Positions 1 through 10,727 of a stretch of 64,000 nucleotides of DNA are shown here, one piece after another. Position numbers and translations under genes: made by a program. Position 1 is the first letter of the stretch. Each line of letters opens with the position of its first letter. This DNA comes from an uncultured Gemmatimonadales bacterium (lineage in GTDB: Bacteria; Gemmatimonadota; Gemmatimonadetes; Longimicrobiales; RSA9): assembly GCA_963798845.1 (NCBI GenBank), contig CAWCUS010000002.1, positions 384,001-448,000 on the forward strand, in the 5' to 3' direction. Under the pieces are notes generated by a model. The model was not told where the DNA came from and searched no databases. It worked only from the letters and a program-made list of their open reading frames with translations.

Positions 1-337
1 GCCCGAGGAGAAGAATGTTCGACTTCTCGATCTCCACGTCATCCAGGATGCCGTGGTGGTTCACCCGCTTGTAATGGTTGTACACCGCCACCGAGAGCGA
101 CTTCTTGGCGTCTTCCTGCCCGATGACGTACTGGTCGAGGGTGGCCTTGATCTCGATGGGCGTCGGGATCCGCGGCATCGCCTCCGCCGCTTCCCGCTCC
201 TCCTCTTCGGCCAGAATCTCGTTGCATAGCGAGACGCACTCGTTACAGATGTAGACCGAGGGTCCCGAAATGAACTTCTTGACGGAGTCCTTCGACTTCC
301 CGCAGAAGGAACACCGGAGGTGCTTGTCGCTCGGCAT
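1..337 (-). CDS. clpX: ATP-dependent Clp protease ATP-binding subunit ClpX (5' part; runs off the window edge)
   Basis: Manual translation from ATG 337: [38 protein letters not shown]...[25 protein letters not shown]...EKSNILLLG. This is the ClpX C4 zinc finger and AAA start, directly downstream of clpP. Confidence 0.97.
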   Translation of the reverse strand, partial: MPSDKHLRCSFCGKSKDSVKKFISGPSVYICNECVSLCNEILAEEEEREAAEAMPRIPTPIEIKATLDQYVIGQEDAKKSLSVAVYNHYKRVNHHGILDDVEIEKSNILLLG

Positions 338-354
338 GGCTTCCCCGCAGCTCG

Positions 355-981
355 TCAGTCGGTCGGTTGCCCACCGTCTGCTACCGCCACGACCTGTTTC
401 TGGTTCGTCACCACGTTATCGATCAGTCCGTAGTCCTTCGCCTCATCCGGACTCATGAACCGGTCGCGGTCCACGTCCGCCGCCACCCTCTCTTCAGTCT
501 GGTGCGTGTGGTGCGCAAGGATCCTGTTCAGCCGCTCGCGCGCGTAAATGATCTCCCGCGCCTGAATCTCGATGTCCGCCGCCGTACCCTGACTCCCGCC
601 AGACGGCTGGTGGATCATGATCCGCGAGTTCGGCAGCGCGCTACGCTTCCCGTCGGCACCGGCCCCGAGGAGCAGCGCGCCCATGGACGCGGCCATCCCC
701 ATGCACATCGTGTTCACCGGCGCGGTGAGGTACTGCATCGTGTCGTAGATCGCGAGACCCGCGTACACCGAGCCTCCCGGCGAGTTGATGTACAGGAAGA
801 TGTCGCGTTCCGGGTCATCCGCCTGCAGGAACAGCAGCTGCGCGATGATCAGGTTCGCAACATCGTCATTGATCGGCGTGCCGAGGAAGATGATCCGGTC
901 CATGAGCAGCCGACTGAAGATGTCGTAGCTGCGCTCACCCCGGCTCGTACGCTCTATGACGTATGGCGGATAAATTGCCAT
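355..981 (-). CDS. clpP: ATP-dependent Clp protease proteolytic subunit
   Basis: [35 protein letters not shown] (catalytic Ser), RIMIHQP (His), DRDRFMS. Confidence 0.98.
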   Translation of the reverse strand: MAIYPPYVIERTSRGERSYDIFSRLLMDRIIFLGTPINDDVANLIIAQLLFLQADDPERDIFLYINSPGGSVYAGLAIYDTMQYLTAPVNTMCMGMAASMGALLLGAGADGKRSALPNSRIMIHQPSGGSQGTAADIEIQAREIIYARERLNRILAHHTHQTEERVAADVDRDRFMSPDEAKDYGLIDNVVTNQKQVVAVADGGQPTD

Positions 982-2229
982 CTAGGCCCCGTCCCTTTCG
1001 ATCGTCGATAGCGACTTCAGATAGTCGAACACCCGCTCCTCGGTCAGGTCCCGCGCGAGCGCTTCCAGCCTGCCGGAGCGCGCCAGCTGACGGCGAACTT
1101 CCTCCGGCTCCAGCTCGTTGGCGGCCGCGATCTCCTGCACCCGGGCGTCCAGGTCGTCCTGCGTCGCCGCCAGCTTCTCCATCTCGGCGACCCGGTCCAG
1201 CACCATCATGCGCCGGACCCCGTACTCCGCAGCGGGGCGCATCTGCTGCTTCGCGCCCGCCAGCTCCTCCGGGTCCGACCCCTCCGGCGCCTGGAGCAAC
1301 CCGTCCAGGTACTGGTCCACCAGCGATGGGGGCGCTTCGAACGCGTTTGCCTCCAGGATCTGCTGGATCAGCTGGCGACGGACGTCCCGCTCCGACTCCC
1401 GATTCGCTTCCTCTTCGAGGTCCTTCCGGACCGTGTCCTGGAGCTCCGAGAGGGCGTCGAAGCCGCCGACCTTCTTCGCGAACGCGTCGTCGATCGCCGG
1501 CCGCTCCGGTCGCTCCGCCGAGATGAGCTTCAGGTGGATCTCGTGGTCATCACTCTTCCCCTCCTCCTCCGCCCGCGGCAGCGCCACCGTGAATTCGCCT
1601 TCCTCGCCCACGGCGAGCGTCCGGATCGCCTGATCGATCTGCTCCAGGATCTCACCGGCCCCCAGGACCACTTCGTACTTGCGCGGCTCCGGCGCCGCCT
1701 CGCCCTCCCCTTGCTGCGGCGTGATCTCCACCTCCACCCGATCGCCTTCCGCCGGCTTCCCGTCCTCCAGGCGGTCCCAGGTCGCGTTCTGGTCCTGGAG
1801 CCGCGACAGCACCCGGTCCACGTCCTCGGCCCCGACCGTGACCGGCGGCTGCCGGATGGTGAAGCCTCCGAGCCGCTCGAGCTCGATGTCCGGGCGGACC
1901 TCGAACGCCACGTCGAACGACATCTCGGCGCCCGGCTCATACGAGACGTTCTCTACCGACGCCTGGGAGATCGGGTCGAAGCCCTGCTCCTGCAAGGCTT
2001 CGCGATAGGCGTCGTTCACCACCCGCTCGATCGTCTGCTGGTCGATGGACGCCCCGTAGTGCCGCTCCACCACCGAGGCCGGGACCTTCCCCTTCCGGAA
2101 CCCCGGCAGCCGGACCCGCTTCGCGATCCGGGTGGCCACCTCCTGCCGCTCCCGATCCACTCGCTCGGCCGGGACCGTGATCTTGAGCCGGCGCTGCCAG
2201 TCGGCCGGCTTCTCCACGTCTATTTTCAC
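982..2229 (-). CDS. tig: Trigger factor
   Basis: Ribosome-binding motif LPGFRKGKVP. Likely start is GTG 2229 (MKIDVEK), because the longer ORF runs through the tRNA. tig-clpP-clpX synteny. Confidence 0.95.
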   Translation of the reverse strand: MKIDVEKPADWQRRLKITVPAERVDRERQEVATRIAKRVRLPGFRKGKVPASVVERHYGASIDQQTIERVVNDAYREALQEQGFDPISQASVENVSYEPGAEMSFDVAFEVRPDIELERLGGFTIRQPPVTVGAEDVDRVLSRLQDQNATWDRLEDGKPAEGDRVEVEITPQQGEGEAAPEPRKYEVVLGAGEILEQIDQAIRTLAVGEEGEFTVALPRAEEEGKSDDHEIHLKLISAERPERPAIDDAFAKKVGGFDALSELQDTVRKDLEEEANRESERDVRRQLIQQILEANAFEAPPSLVDQYLDGLLQAPEGSDPEELAGAKQQMRPAAEYGVRRMMVLDRVAEMEKLAATQDDLDARVQEIAAANELEPEEVRRQLARSGRLEALARDLTEERVFDYLKSLSTIERDGA

Positions 2230-2269
2230 GTGCGCGTTTCTTTCCGTGTCGTGCGTGATGGGACTCCGA

Positions 2270-2351
2270 TGCGAAAGGGGGGACTCGAACCCCCACGGCC
2301 GGGGCCACAGGATCCTAAATCCTGCGCGTCTACCAGTTCCGCCACTTTCGC
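2270..2351 (-). tRNA. tRNA-Leu (anticodon TAG), CCA not encoded
   Basis: Reverse complement GCGAAAG TGGCGGAACTGGTAGACGC GCAGGA TTTAGGA TCCTG, long variable arm, GGGGG TTCGAGT CCCCC CTTTCGC A. Confidence 0.95.
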
Positions 2352-2366
2352 GCGAACGAGCACGAA

Positions 2367-2395
2367 AATCTAACCGTGACGGGATTGGCAATCAA
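2367..2395 (-). promoter_or_regulatory. sigma70-type promoter for tRNA-Leu/tig-clpP-clpX
   Basis: TTGATT-N17-TAGATT about 15 nt upstream of the tRNA 5' end. Confidence 0.7.
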
Positions 2396-2439
2396 CCAAA
2401 TCCGTGGCGCAACCACGCGCTTTCCGATGGGCTGGGGCG

Positions 2440-4035
2440 CTAGGGTACGCGCACGTTGCGGATCAGCGTTCCACCGTCGCTCGTCTGAAGCACCAGCGAG
2501 GCGACAGAGCCGGAGGGGAGCGCGCGGAGAATCCGCTCCGCGTCGGCCGCGGAGCTGACGCCCTCGCGGTTGATCTCCCGGATCAGCAGCCCGGGTTCCA
2601 CGCCCTTGCGCATGGCGGCGCCCGCGGGGGACACGGCGGAGATCAGCGCGCCGCCGGCGCTGCGGAATTGCTGCTGCCGTGCGAGCGAAGGCGTGAGGTC
2701 CACGACTTCGATTCCGAGGTCGCTCTCCGTTGCGGGCGGGGAGGTATGGACCACGGCCTGCTTCCCCAGCTGCGCCTCGGCGAGCCGGACGGAGAAATGC
2801 CGTTTCTGGCCATACCGGATCACGTCCACGCCCACCGTCTCCCCCGGCTGGTGGGAAGCGACGAGTCGCTGGAACTGGCCCAGCCGGTCCACGGAGGTGC
2901 CGTCCACGGCCACGACCACGTCGTGGCGGCGGAGCCCCGCCCGCTCCGCCGGGGAGGCGTCGGCGAAGTCCTCGACCAGGACGCCGGCGATGCGCGGGAG
3001 CCCGTAGACCTCGGCGTCCTCCGGCGAGATGGTCTGGATGCTGATGCCGAGGAGCGGGCGCCGTACGCGACCGTGCTCCAGCAGGTCGTTCATCACCCGC
3101 CTGGCCATGTTGATCGGGACCGCGAAACCGTACCCTTCGTTGTATCCCGAGACGCTGGCGATGGCCGTGTTGATCCCGATCACGCGTCCGTCCAGGTCCA
3201 CGAGCGGACCCCCGCTGTTACCGGGGTTGATCGCCGCGTCGGTCTGGATGAAGTCTTCGATCGCGTATGCCGCCGCGGCGGCGTTCTGGTTGTCGACGAG
3301 CTCCTGGCGAATGATGTCGAGCGGCCGCCCCTTCGCGCTCACGATCCCCCCGGTCACCGTGAAGTCCAGCGTGTTCGCCTGCTGGAACCCCGGGTTCCCG
3401 ATGGCGAGGACCCACTCGCCCACGCGGATGCCGTCCGAGTCGCCCAGCCGGGCCACCGGGAGGTCGTCGGCGTGGATCCGGATCAGCGCCACGTCCGTGG
3501 TCGGGTCCGTGCCGACGACGGTGGCGTCGTACACGCGCTTGTCGGCCAGCGTCACGGTGATGCGATCCGCATCGCCGATCACGTGGTTGTTCGTCAGGAC
3601 CAGACCGTCCGCCGACACCACCACGCCCGTGCCGCCCGCGATCTCCGGGTAGAGCTCCGGGTCGGGGTGTCCTTCCGGGAGACGGTCCAGCATGTCCCGC
3701 AGACGGTGCCGCAGCCCGGGGTGCGCTTCCATCAGGGAGCGCTCGGCCTGGATCCGCACCACGGCCGGCGTTACGGCCGCGGCCACATCCGCGAACGCGC
3801 GGCTGAACGCCCGCGCCTCGCCCAGGTCGCCCTGATCGGCCGGGAACGCGGGACGGGTCGGCACCTGCGTCGCGGGCGCCTCGACCTGTTGCGCCAGATC
3901 CACGAGGTGGAACGGTTCCGCGAACGCGGGCTTCACGAAGGGAGCCGCGGGAACGCGGGTGCTGGACGCGGCGCCGCACAGGAAGGCCAGCGTTGCGAAG
4001 GTTACGAGTCGCGCGGTGGCGTGGGTCCGGGACAT
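2440..4035 (-). CDS. degP: DegP/HtrA (Do family) periplasmic serine protease with two PDZ domains
   Basis: Signal-like N-terminus, LTNNHV (His), DVAL (Asp), IQTDAAINPGNSGGPL (Ser), C-terminal PDZ-like repeats. Confidence 0.92.
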   Translation of the reverse strand: MSRTHATARLVTFATLAFLCGAASSTRVPAAPFVKPAFAEPFHLVDLAQQVEAPATQVPTRPAFPADQGDLGEARAFSRAFADVAAAVTPAVVRIQAERSLMEAHPGLRHRLRDMLDRLPEGHPDPELYPEIAGGTGVVVSADGLVLTNNHVIGDADRITVTLADKRVYDATVVGTDPTTDVALIRIHADDLPVARLGDSDGIRVGEWVLAIGNPGFQQANTLDFTVTGGIVSAKGRPLDIIRQELVDNQNAAAAAYAIEDFIQTDAAINPGNSGGPLVDLDGRVIGINTAIASVSGYNEGYGFAVPINMARRVMNDLLEHGRVRRPLLGISIQTISPEDAEVYGLPRIAGVLVEDFADASPAERAGLRRHDVVVAVDGTSVDRLGQFQRLVASHQPGETVGVDVIRYGQKRHFSVRLAEAQLGKQAVVHTSPPATESDLGIEVVDLTPSLARQQQFRSAGGALISAVSPAGAAMRKGVEPGLLIREINREGVSSAADAERILRALPSGSVASLVLQTSDGGTLIRNVRVP

Positions 4036-4137
4036 GGCTCCCCTCAGAGGTGCTTTCGCAATTTACGGCCGCAACCGGCATCGCATCAACGGGGACACAG
4101 ACAAACGCCCCGGGGCGGCCTCCCGACCGCACCCGGG

Positions 4138-4152
4138 GCAAGGTTCCTGCCG
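4138..4152 (-). promoter_or_regulatory. Candidate sigma54 (-24/-12) promoter for degP
   Basis: CGGCAGGAACCTTGC (GG-N10-GC) in the dnaK-degP spacer. Confidence 0.55.
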
Positions 4153-4167
4153 CAGACCCGGGATCGC

Positions 4168-6105
4168 CTACTTCTCCTCGTCCACGATCTCGTAGTCCGC
4201 CTCCACGACGTCCTCCTCTTCCGGGCCGGCGGACGCGCCGGCAGTGGAAGCCGACTCCGCGCCGGGCGCATCGGCCGCCCCTGCGCCGGCCTCGCTCTGC
4301 TGCGCCTGGTACATCTGCTGGCCGGCCGCGCTGAACGCCTGCACCAGCTCGTCCTTCGCCGCGTTCAGCTCGGAAAGCTCGTCCTGCTTCAGCGCCTTCT
4401 TGGCCCGCTCCACCGCGGCGTCGATGCGCTGCTTGGAGTCCGCGGGGACCTTGTCGCCCCACTCGCCCACGTCCTTTTCCACCTGGTAGACCAGGCTGTC
4501 CAGCTGGTTCCGCGCCTCCACCTTCTCCTTGCGCGACTTGTCCTCGGAGGCGTGCGATTCCGCATCCTTCACCATGTTGTCGATCTCGGACTCGCTCAGC
4601 CCGCTCGACGCCTCTATCCGGATCTTCTGCTCCTTGCCCGTGGCCTTGTCCTTCGCCGTCACGTGCAGGATCCCGTTCGCGTCGATGTCGAACGTCACCT
4701 CGATCTGCGGCATGCCGCGCGGCGCAGGCGGGATCCCGGTCAGCTGGAAGCGGCCGATCGTCTTGTTGTCCCCTGCCATCGGCCGCTCGCCCTGGAGCAC
4801 GTGGATCTCCACCGTGGTCTGGCTGTCCTCCGCGGTCGAGAACGTCTCCGTCTTCTTCGTCGGGATCGTGGTGTTCCGGGGGATCAGCGCGGTCATCACG
4901 CCGCCCAGCGTCTCGATGCCCAGTGAGAGCGGGGTGACGTCGAGCAGGAGCACGTCCTTGACGTCGCCGGCCAGCACGCCGCCCTGGATCGCGGCGCCGA
5001 CGGCCACGACCTCGTCCGGGTTCACGCCCCGGTGCGGATCCTTGCCGAAGAACTCCTTCACCGTCTCCTGGACCTTCGGGATGCGCGTCGAGCCGCCCAC
5101 GAGGATCACTTCGTCCACGTCCTCCGGCTTCAGCGCGGCATCGGCCAGCGCCTTCCGCATCGGCTCCTTCGTGCCCTCGATCAGGTCGTCCACCAGCTGC
5201 TCGAACTTCGCCCGCGTGAGCGTCAGGTTCAGGTGCTTCGGACCTTCCTGCGTGGCCGTGATGAACGGAAGGTTGATGTCCGTCGACAGCGTCGTCGACA
5301 GCTCCATCTTCGCCTTCTCCGCCGCCTCCTTCAGGCGCTGCAGCGCCATGGCGTCCTTCGACAGGTCGATGCCCTGGTCCTTCTTGAACTCGGAGACCAG
5401 CCAGTCGATCACCCGCTGGTCGAAGTCGTCGCCGCCCAGGTGCGTGTCCCCGTTCGTCGCCTTCACCTCGAACACGCCCTCTCCCAGCTCCAGGATCGAG
5501 ATGTCGTACGTACCGCCGCCCAGGTCGTAGACCGCGATCACCTCGTCCTTCTTCTTGTCCAGTCCGTACGCCAGCGCCGCCGCCGTGGGCTCGTTGATGA
5601 TCCGGAGCACTTCCAGCCCCGCGATCTTCCCCGCGTCCTTGGTCGCCTGCCGCTGCGAGTCGTCGAAGTAGGCCGGCACCGTGATCACGGCCTGGGTCAC
5701 TTCGCTCCCCAGGTAGTCCTCCGCCGTCTGCTTCATCTTCTGGAGAACCATCGCGCTGATTTCGGGCGGCGTGAACGTCTTGCCCGCATTCGGCACGTGC
5801 ACCTGGACCCGGTCCTCACCGTCGCAGCGGATCTCGTACGGGACCTTCTCCCGCTCGCTCGTGACTTCGCTGCACCGGCGGCCCATGAAGCGCTTGATGG
5901 AAGCGACGGTGTTCCTCGGGTTCGTGATCGCCTGGCGACGTGCCACCTGCCCGACCAGCCGCTCCCCATCCTTGGTGAACGCGACCACGGAGGGCGTGGT
6001 TCGCCCGCCTTCCGCGTTCGGGATCACGACCGGGTCGCCGCCCTCCATCACCGCCACGACCGAATTGGTCGTCCCGAGGTCGATCCCGATCACCTTGTTC
6101 GCCAT
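4168..6105 (-). CDS. dnaK: Chaperone DnaK (Hsp70)
   Basis: [41 protein letters not shown], acidic tail [11 protein letters not shown]. Start at ATG 6105. Confidence 0.98.
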   Translation of the reverse strand: MANKVIGIDLGTTNSVVAVMEGGDPVVIPNAEGGRTTPSVVAFTKDGERLVGQVARRQAITNPRNTVASIKRFMGRRCSEVTSEREKVPYEIRCDGEDRVQVHVPNAGKTFTPPEISAMVLQKMKQTAEDYLGSEVTQAVITVPAYFDDSQRQATKDAGKIAGLEVLRIINEPTAAALAYGLDKKKDEVIAVYDLGGGTYDISILELGEGVFEVKATNGDTHLGGDDFDQRVIDWLVSEFKKDQGIDLSKDAMALQRLKEAAEKAKMELSTTLSTDINLPFITATQEGPKHLNLTLTRAKFEQLVDDLIEGTKEPMRKALADAALKPEDVDEVILVGGSTRIPKVQETVKEFFGKDPHRGVNPDEVVAVGAAIQGGVLAGDVKDVLLLDVTPLSLGIETLGGVMTALIPRNTTIPTKKTETFSTAEDSQTTVEIHVLQGERPMAGDNKTIGRFQLTGIPPAPRGMPQIEVTFDIDANGILHVTAKDKATGKEQKIRIEASSGLSESEIDNMVKDAESHASEDKSRKEKVEARNQLDSLVYQVEKDVGEWGDKVPADSKQRIDAAVERAKKALKQDELSELNAAKDELVQAFSAAGQQMYQAQQSEAGAGAADAPGAESASTAGASAGPEEEDVVEADYEIVDEEK

Positions 6106-6199
6106 GTGCTCTCCGTTGGTCTCTGTATCCCCATTCGAATCCGGGGCACACAGCGCCCCGTCGTCCGGCCGCCGCCTACCCGCAGCCGGTCGGGTCGGG

Positions 6200-6215
6200 T
6201 GCAACGCCTATGCCG
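6200..6215 (-). promoter_or_regulatory. Candidate sigma54 promoter for dnaK
   Basis: CGGCATAGGCGTTGCA (GG-N10-GC) about 95 nt upstream of the start codon. Confidence 0.65.
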
Positions 6216-6467
6216 GGAAAAGGGACGTATTTCGCGCCAGATCGGCGGGGCAGGTCAGCGCCCGCTGTCACCCTGGCAGGGGCGCTCCGGCCAGACGGCG
6301 AGCACCGCGGACGTTCACCGCCGCGCGCCTGCCCCCTGCGCGGCGGATCCGGAAGGGCCCGGCTGGAGCGCTGAACCGGTTTGACCTCCCGAAGGCGGCC
6401 CGGCTATTCTCCGGCACCTGAACTCCGGGGGCGGCAGCCTCCCTCACTCACTCCTGCACCGACGACG

Positions 6468-8096
6468 ATGCCGCGGAAGGCGCCGGCTCCACGAGCGCTG
6501 ATCATCCTCTGGGCCACGGCGGCCCTGCTCCTCACCATGGGGCTGGCGAGCCGACTGCTCGGGGCGCAGGAGCCGGTGCCCGGCGGCGTGATTCAGCAGG
6601 CGCAGGACAGCGCGAGGGCGACGGGCGTGGCCGGTACGGCGCAGGCGCGGCTGCCGTCTGCGGACTCGGGTGAGGCCGCGGCGAGCGCCCCGGGCAGTGC
6701 GCGTGCGGCTGGAGCGCCGGCGCAGTCGCCGATCTCCCTGGCAGCGACGCGCGCCAATGTGCACGTCCCGCTGCACGAGCGTCTGGTCTCGGTGCTGGGG
6801 ATGGTCGTCCTCCTGCTGATCGCGTGGGCGTTGAGCGTGGACCGGCGGGTGATACAGTGGCGGGTGGTTCTCTGGGGGCTCGGCCTCCAGTTCCTGTTCG
6901 CGCTCTTCATCCTGAAGACACCGGTTGGAGCGGCGATCTTCGGGGCCCTCAACAATGTGGTGCTCGCGCTGCTGTCGTTCACGAACGACGGCGCGAGCTT
7001 CCTGTTCGGCAACCTGGTGCAGAACACCGTGCCGGTGACCGGCGGCGCGCCGGGCGCGGTGGGGATGGTGGCGCAGACGGGCGCTTCGTTCGCGTTCAGC
7101 GTGCTCCCGACCATCATCTTCTTTTCGTCGCTGATGACGGTCCTGTACCACGTCGGCGTCATGCAGGCGGTCGTTCGGGGGATGGCGTGGGTGATGATGC
7201 GGACGATGCGGACGTCGGGGGCGGAGACGCTATCGGCCGCCGGGAACATCTTCGTCGGTCAGACGGAAGCGCCGCTCCTGATCAAGCCGTTCATCGAACG
7301 CATGACGCTCTCGGAGCTGATGGCCGTGATGACCGCCGGGTTCGCCACCGTCGCGGGCGGCGTCATGGCGGCGTACGTGGGAATGCTCGTCAGCTTTTTC
7401 CCCGACATCGCCGGTCACCTGATGGCGGCGTCCGTGATGTCCGCTCCGGCGGCACTGGTCATGGCCAAGCTCATGCTCCCGGAGCGGGAGGAGCCGGTGA
7501 CGGCCTCGACGCTGCACGTTGAGGTGGAGACCCTGGACTCCAACGTGATCGACGCGGCCGCACGCGGGGCCGGAGACGGTCTGAAGCTGGCGCTGAATGT
7601 CGGCGCCATGCTGCTGGCGTTCATCGCGCTCATCGCCATGCTCAACGCCCTCCTCGGGTGGGCCGCCGGCTGGACGGGCGTCGAGGCGCTCCTGCACTCC
7701 ACCGGCGCCCTGGCGGCGGGCCAGAACCTCACCCTCGAGGTGCTGCTCGGTTGGATCCTGGCGCCGCTGGCATGGCTCATGGGCGTGCCCTGGCGGGACG
7801 CCGCTACCGTCGGCTCGCTTCTCGGCATCAAGACCGTGGCCAACGAGTTCATCGCCTACCTTCGCCTGTCGGACATCCTCTCCGGCGGCGGAGGGCTCTC
7901 GCCCCGCTCCGTGGTGATCACGACCTACGCGCTGGCCGGCTTCGCCAACTTCAGCTCCATCGCGATCCAGATCGGGGGAATCGGCGGGATCGCGCCGTCG
8001 CGGCGCAGCGACCTGTCCCGGATCGGTTTGAGGGCGATGATCGCCGGGTCGCTGGCGGCGTTCCTGACCGCCACGATCGCCGGAATCCTGGTGTAG
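6468..8096 (+). CDS. nupC: Concentrative nucleoside transporter (CNT/NupC family) with N-terminal extension
   Basis: FAFSVLPTIIFFSSL, NIFVGQTEAPL, GFATVAGGV, ANEFIAY, FANFSSIAIQIGG. Start uncertain (ATG 6468 used). Confidence 0.92.
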   Translation: MPRKAPAPRALIILWATAALLLTMGLASRLLGAQEPVPGGVIQQAQDSARATGVAGTAQARLPSADSGEAAASAPGSARAAGAPAQSPISLAATRANVHVPLHERLVSVLGMVVLLLIAWALSVDRRVIQWRVVLWGLGLQFLFALFILKTPVGAAIFGALNNVVLALLSFTNDGASFLFGNLVQNTVPVTGGAPGAVGMVAQTGASFAFSVLPTIIFFSSLMTVLYHVGVMQAVVRGMAWVMMRTMRTSGAETLSAAGNIFVGQTEAPLLIKPFIERMTLSELMAVMTAGFATVAGGVMAAYVGMLVSFFPDIAGHLMAASVMSAPAALVMAKLMLPEREEPVTASTLHVEVETLDSNVIDAAARGAGDGLKLALNVGAMLLAFIALIAMLNALLGWAAGWTGVEALLHSTGALAAGQNLTLEVLLGWILAPLAWLMGVPWRDAATVGSLLGIKTVANEFIAYLRLSDILSGGGGLSPRSVVITTYALAGFANFSSIAIQIGGIGGIAPSRRSDLSRIGLRAMIAGSLAAFLTATIAGILV

Positions 8097-8104
8097 GACG
8101 GGTG

Positions 8105-8917
8105 ATGCGCGAGGACGCGGGCCGCCAGCCGGCGGACTACCTGGAGTCACGGATGGGGCGGAAGCCGCGCGTCGCCATGATCCTGGGGAGCGGACTGGGG
8201 GCTTTGGCCGACGACATCGCCGACGCCGTGAGCGTTGACTACGCCGACATCCCGGGCTTTGCCCGCTCCACGGTGGCCGGCCACCGCGGGCGGCTCGTGG
8301 CCGGCACCCTCGAAGGGAAGGACGTCCTCGCGTTCCAGGGGCGGTACCATGCGTACGAGGGACACGCGGCCGGCCAGCTCGCGGTGCCGGTGCGCACGGC
8401 CAGGGCGCTGGGCGCGCACACGCTCGTGGTGACCTGCGCAGCCGGGGGAGTGAACCGCCTGTTCGGCGCGGGCACGCTCATGCTGCTGGACGACCACCTG
8501 AACTTCATGGGCCGAAACCCGCTGGTGGGCCCCGTCCACCAGGGCGAGGCACGCTTCCCGGACATGACCGCGGCGTACGACCCCGGGCTCCAGCAGATCG
8601 CGCTGGACGTGGCCCGTGACGCCGACATCGCCCTGAGCCGTGGCGTATACGCGGCGGTGCTCGGGCCCAGCTACGAGACGCCCGCGGAGATCCGGATGCT
8701 CGAGCGGCTCGGGGCCGACGCCGTCGGGATGAGCACCGTGCCCGAGGTGATCGCAGCTCGTGCGGGCGGGATGCGCGTCGTGGGCATCGCGCTGATCACG
8801 AATCCCGCCGCGGGCATTTCCGGGGCCCCTCTCGACCACGAGGAGGTGATCGCCGCCGGCGCCGCCGCCGCCGACCGCTTCCAGCGTCTGGTGCGCGGAC
8901 TCCTGCGCCGCATCTGA
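8105..8917 (+). CDS. punA: Purine-nucleoside phosphorylase (trimeric PunA/XapA type)
   Basis: ILGSGLG, QGRYHAYEG, GPSYETPAE, GADAVGMSTVPE. Follows nupC. Confidence 0.92.
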   Translation: MREDAGRQPADYLESRMGRKPRVAMILGSGLGALADDIADAVSVDYADIPGFARSTVAGHRGRLVAGTLEGKDVLAFQGRYHAYEGHAAGQLAVPVRTARALGAHTLVVTCAAGGVNRLFGAGTLMLLDDHLNFMGRNPLVGPVHQGEARFPDMTAAYDPGLQQIALDVARDADIALSRGVYAAVLGPSYETPAEIRMLERLGADAVGMSTVPEVIAARAGGMRVVGIALITNPAAGISGAPLDHEEVIAAGAAAADRFQRLVRGLLRRI

Positions 8918-9007
8918 GCGTCCGGGCAGCGCGCGCATCTCGCGCTTGCGGTGCCGCCCGCCCCGCCAGAGATTTCAACGTTCCCCGGTGAAATCTCGAC
9001 GACTCCG

Positions 9008-10723
9008 ATGACCGGACAGGCCATGGTTTCCCAGCCTAGCGGTTCCTCAGCGCACACCCCTGCGCCGCGGCAGCGCGGCCGCGCGTCCCGGGCCCAGTTA
9101 CGAGGCCTTGCGCTCGGGGCGCTTGTCGGAGTCACCGCGGGGGCGTGCGCCGGTCGGGATGCGCCGCCTCGCGGCGGGACGGTGGTCATCGGCGCGGTGG
9201 CGGACCTGGATACGGGCAATCCCCTCGTGTCGGTGGACGCCTGGGCGAACGAGGTGCACCGATATGTGCTCTTCATGCCGCTGCTCCAGCTGGGGCCGGA
9301 GCTGGAGTACACGCCCTACCTCGCACGGTCCTGGGACATGGCCGGGGACACGGCGGTGGTGTTCCACCTGCGGCACGACGTGCGCTGGCACGACGGCCAG
9401 CCCACCACCGCCGAGGACGTGCTCTTCACGTACGAACGGGCGACCGATCCCGCCACAGGCTTCTCCAACAGCGACTACTTCGCAGGCTGGACGGGCGGGG
9501 AGGTGGTGGACTCGTACACGGTGCGCTTCCACCTGGAGCCGCGGCCGGATCCGCTCGCTGGGCTGCCGTTCACACCCATCGTGCCGAAGCACCTCCTGGA
9601 CACGATTCCGGCCGAGCGGCTTCGGCAGGCGGCGTTCAACCGGAGCCCGGTAGGGAACGGGCCGTTCAGGTTCGTGTCGCGACGCGCCAACGATCGGTGG
9701 GTCTTCGAGGCCAACGACGATTTCCCGGCAGATCTGGGCGGCAGGCCCAATATCGATCGGCTGGTGTGGCGGGTCATCCCGGAGAACTCCGCGCAGCTGA
9801 CCGAGCTGCGCGTCGGAGAGGCCGACCTCATCCTCCAGCCCCGCGCCGACCAGGTGACGGAGCTCGCGCAGCGGCCGGGGCTGCGGGCCGTGGTGAAGGC
9901 GTCACGCCAGTTCGCTTTCATCGTCTGGAACGAGCGGCGGCCGCCGCTGGATGACGCCCGGGTGCGACGCGCGCTCGCCATGGCCATCGATCGGGAGGCG
10001 ATCGTGGAGCGGTTCCGACAGGGGTTCGGGACACCGGGCCTCACAACCGTCCTGCCGTTCCACTGGGCGTACGACGACTCGCTCCGACCGCTCCCGCATG
10101 CGCCCGATTCCGCCGTCGCTCTCCTCGCCGCCGCGGGTGTGGCGGACCGGGACGGTGACGGGATGCTCGAGCGTGCCGACGGGAAGCCGTTCGCACTCGA
10201 GCTCGAGCTCCCGGCCGGGAGCGAGTACTACCGCGACCTGGCCGAGGTCGTGCGCCACGACCTCTCCGCCATAGGGGTCCGCATGAGCACGAAGCCGACC
10301 GAGGGCACGACATTGTTCGGCGACCTCACGTCGAGCGAGCGCCGCTTCGATGCGGCGCTCCTGGGGTGGGTGGGCGACTTCCGGCTGGACCTGCACGACG
10401 TCTTTCATTCGGAGGCTCTGGACGGGCCGTACCAGTTCGCGTCCTATCGGAATCCCCGGCTGGACTCGCTGCTCGACGCCGCGAGCGCCGAGACGGACCG
10501 AACGCGCGCCGCGCCGCTCTGGCACCGCGTCCAGCAGATCCTGCTGCGCGACCAGCCGTGGACGCTGCTCTTCTACCAGACGGACGCGTTCCTGGCACGG
10601 GACCGCGTCCACGGCCTGGACATGGACATCCGTGGCGTGCTGGTCAACGTGGGGCGCTGGTGGGTGGGTTCCGACGGCGAGCGCGCCGTGGGGGACTCGG
10701 CTTCCGCCGCGGGGGTCCGCTGA
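9008..10723 (+). CDS. Family 5 (peptide/nickel) ABC substrate-binding lipoprotein, orphan
   Basis: Lipobox-like AGAC, WHDGQPTTAEDV, PVGNGPF, VRRALAMAIDR. Start uncertain (8951-9023). No permease or ATPase adjacent. Confidence 0.85.
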   Translation: MTGQAMVSQPSGSSAHTPAPRQRGRASRAQLRGLALGALVGVTAGACAGRDAPPRGGTVVIGAVADLDTGNPLVSVDAWANEVHRYVLFMPLLQLGPELEYTPYLARSWDMAGDTAVVFHLRHDVRWHDGQPTTAEDVLFTYERATDPATGFSNSDYFAGWTGGEVVDSYTVRFHLEPRPDPLAGLPFTPIVPKHLLDTIPAERLRQAAFNRSPVGNGPFRFVSRRANDRWVFEANDDFPADLGGRPNIDRLVWRVIPENSAQLTELRVGEADLILQPRADQVTELAQRPGLRAVVKASRQFAFIVWNERRPPLDDARVRRALAMAIDREAIVERFRQGFGTPGLTTVLPFHWAYDDSLRPLPHAPDSAVALLAAAGVADRDGDGMLERADGKPFALELELPAGSEYYRDLAEVVRHDLSAIGVRMSTKPTEGTTLFGDLTSSERRFDAALLGWVGDFRLDLHDVFHSEALDGPYQFASYRNPRLDSLLDAASAETDRTRAAPLWHRVQQILLRDQPWTLLFYQTDAFLARDRVHGLDMDIRGVLVNVGRWWVGSDGERAVGDSASAAGVR

Positions 10724-10727
10724 CCGC

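Noticed and set aside
2230..2440. Integrative element at tRNA-Leu
   Set aside because: No integrase and no duplicated tRNA 3' end were seen, and the flanks are core genes in the usual tRNA-Leu-tig-clpP-clpX order.
6106..6380. CIRCE (HrcA) operator upstream of dnaK
   Set aside because: No TTAGCACTC-N9-GAGTGCTAA match.
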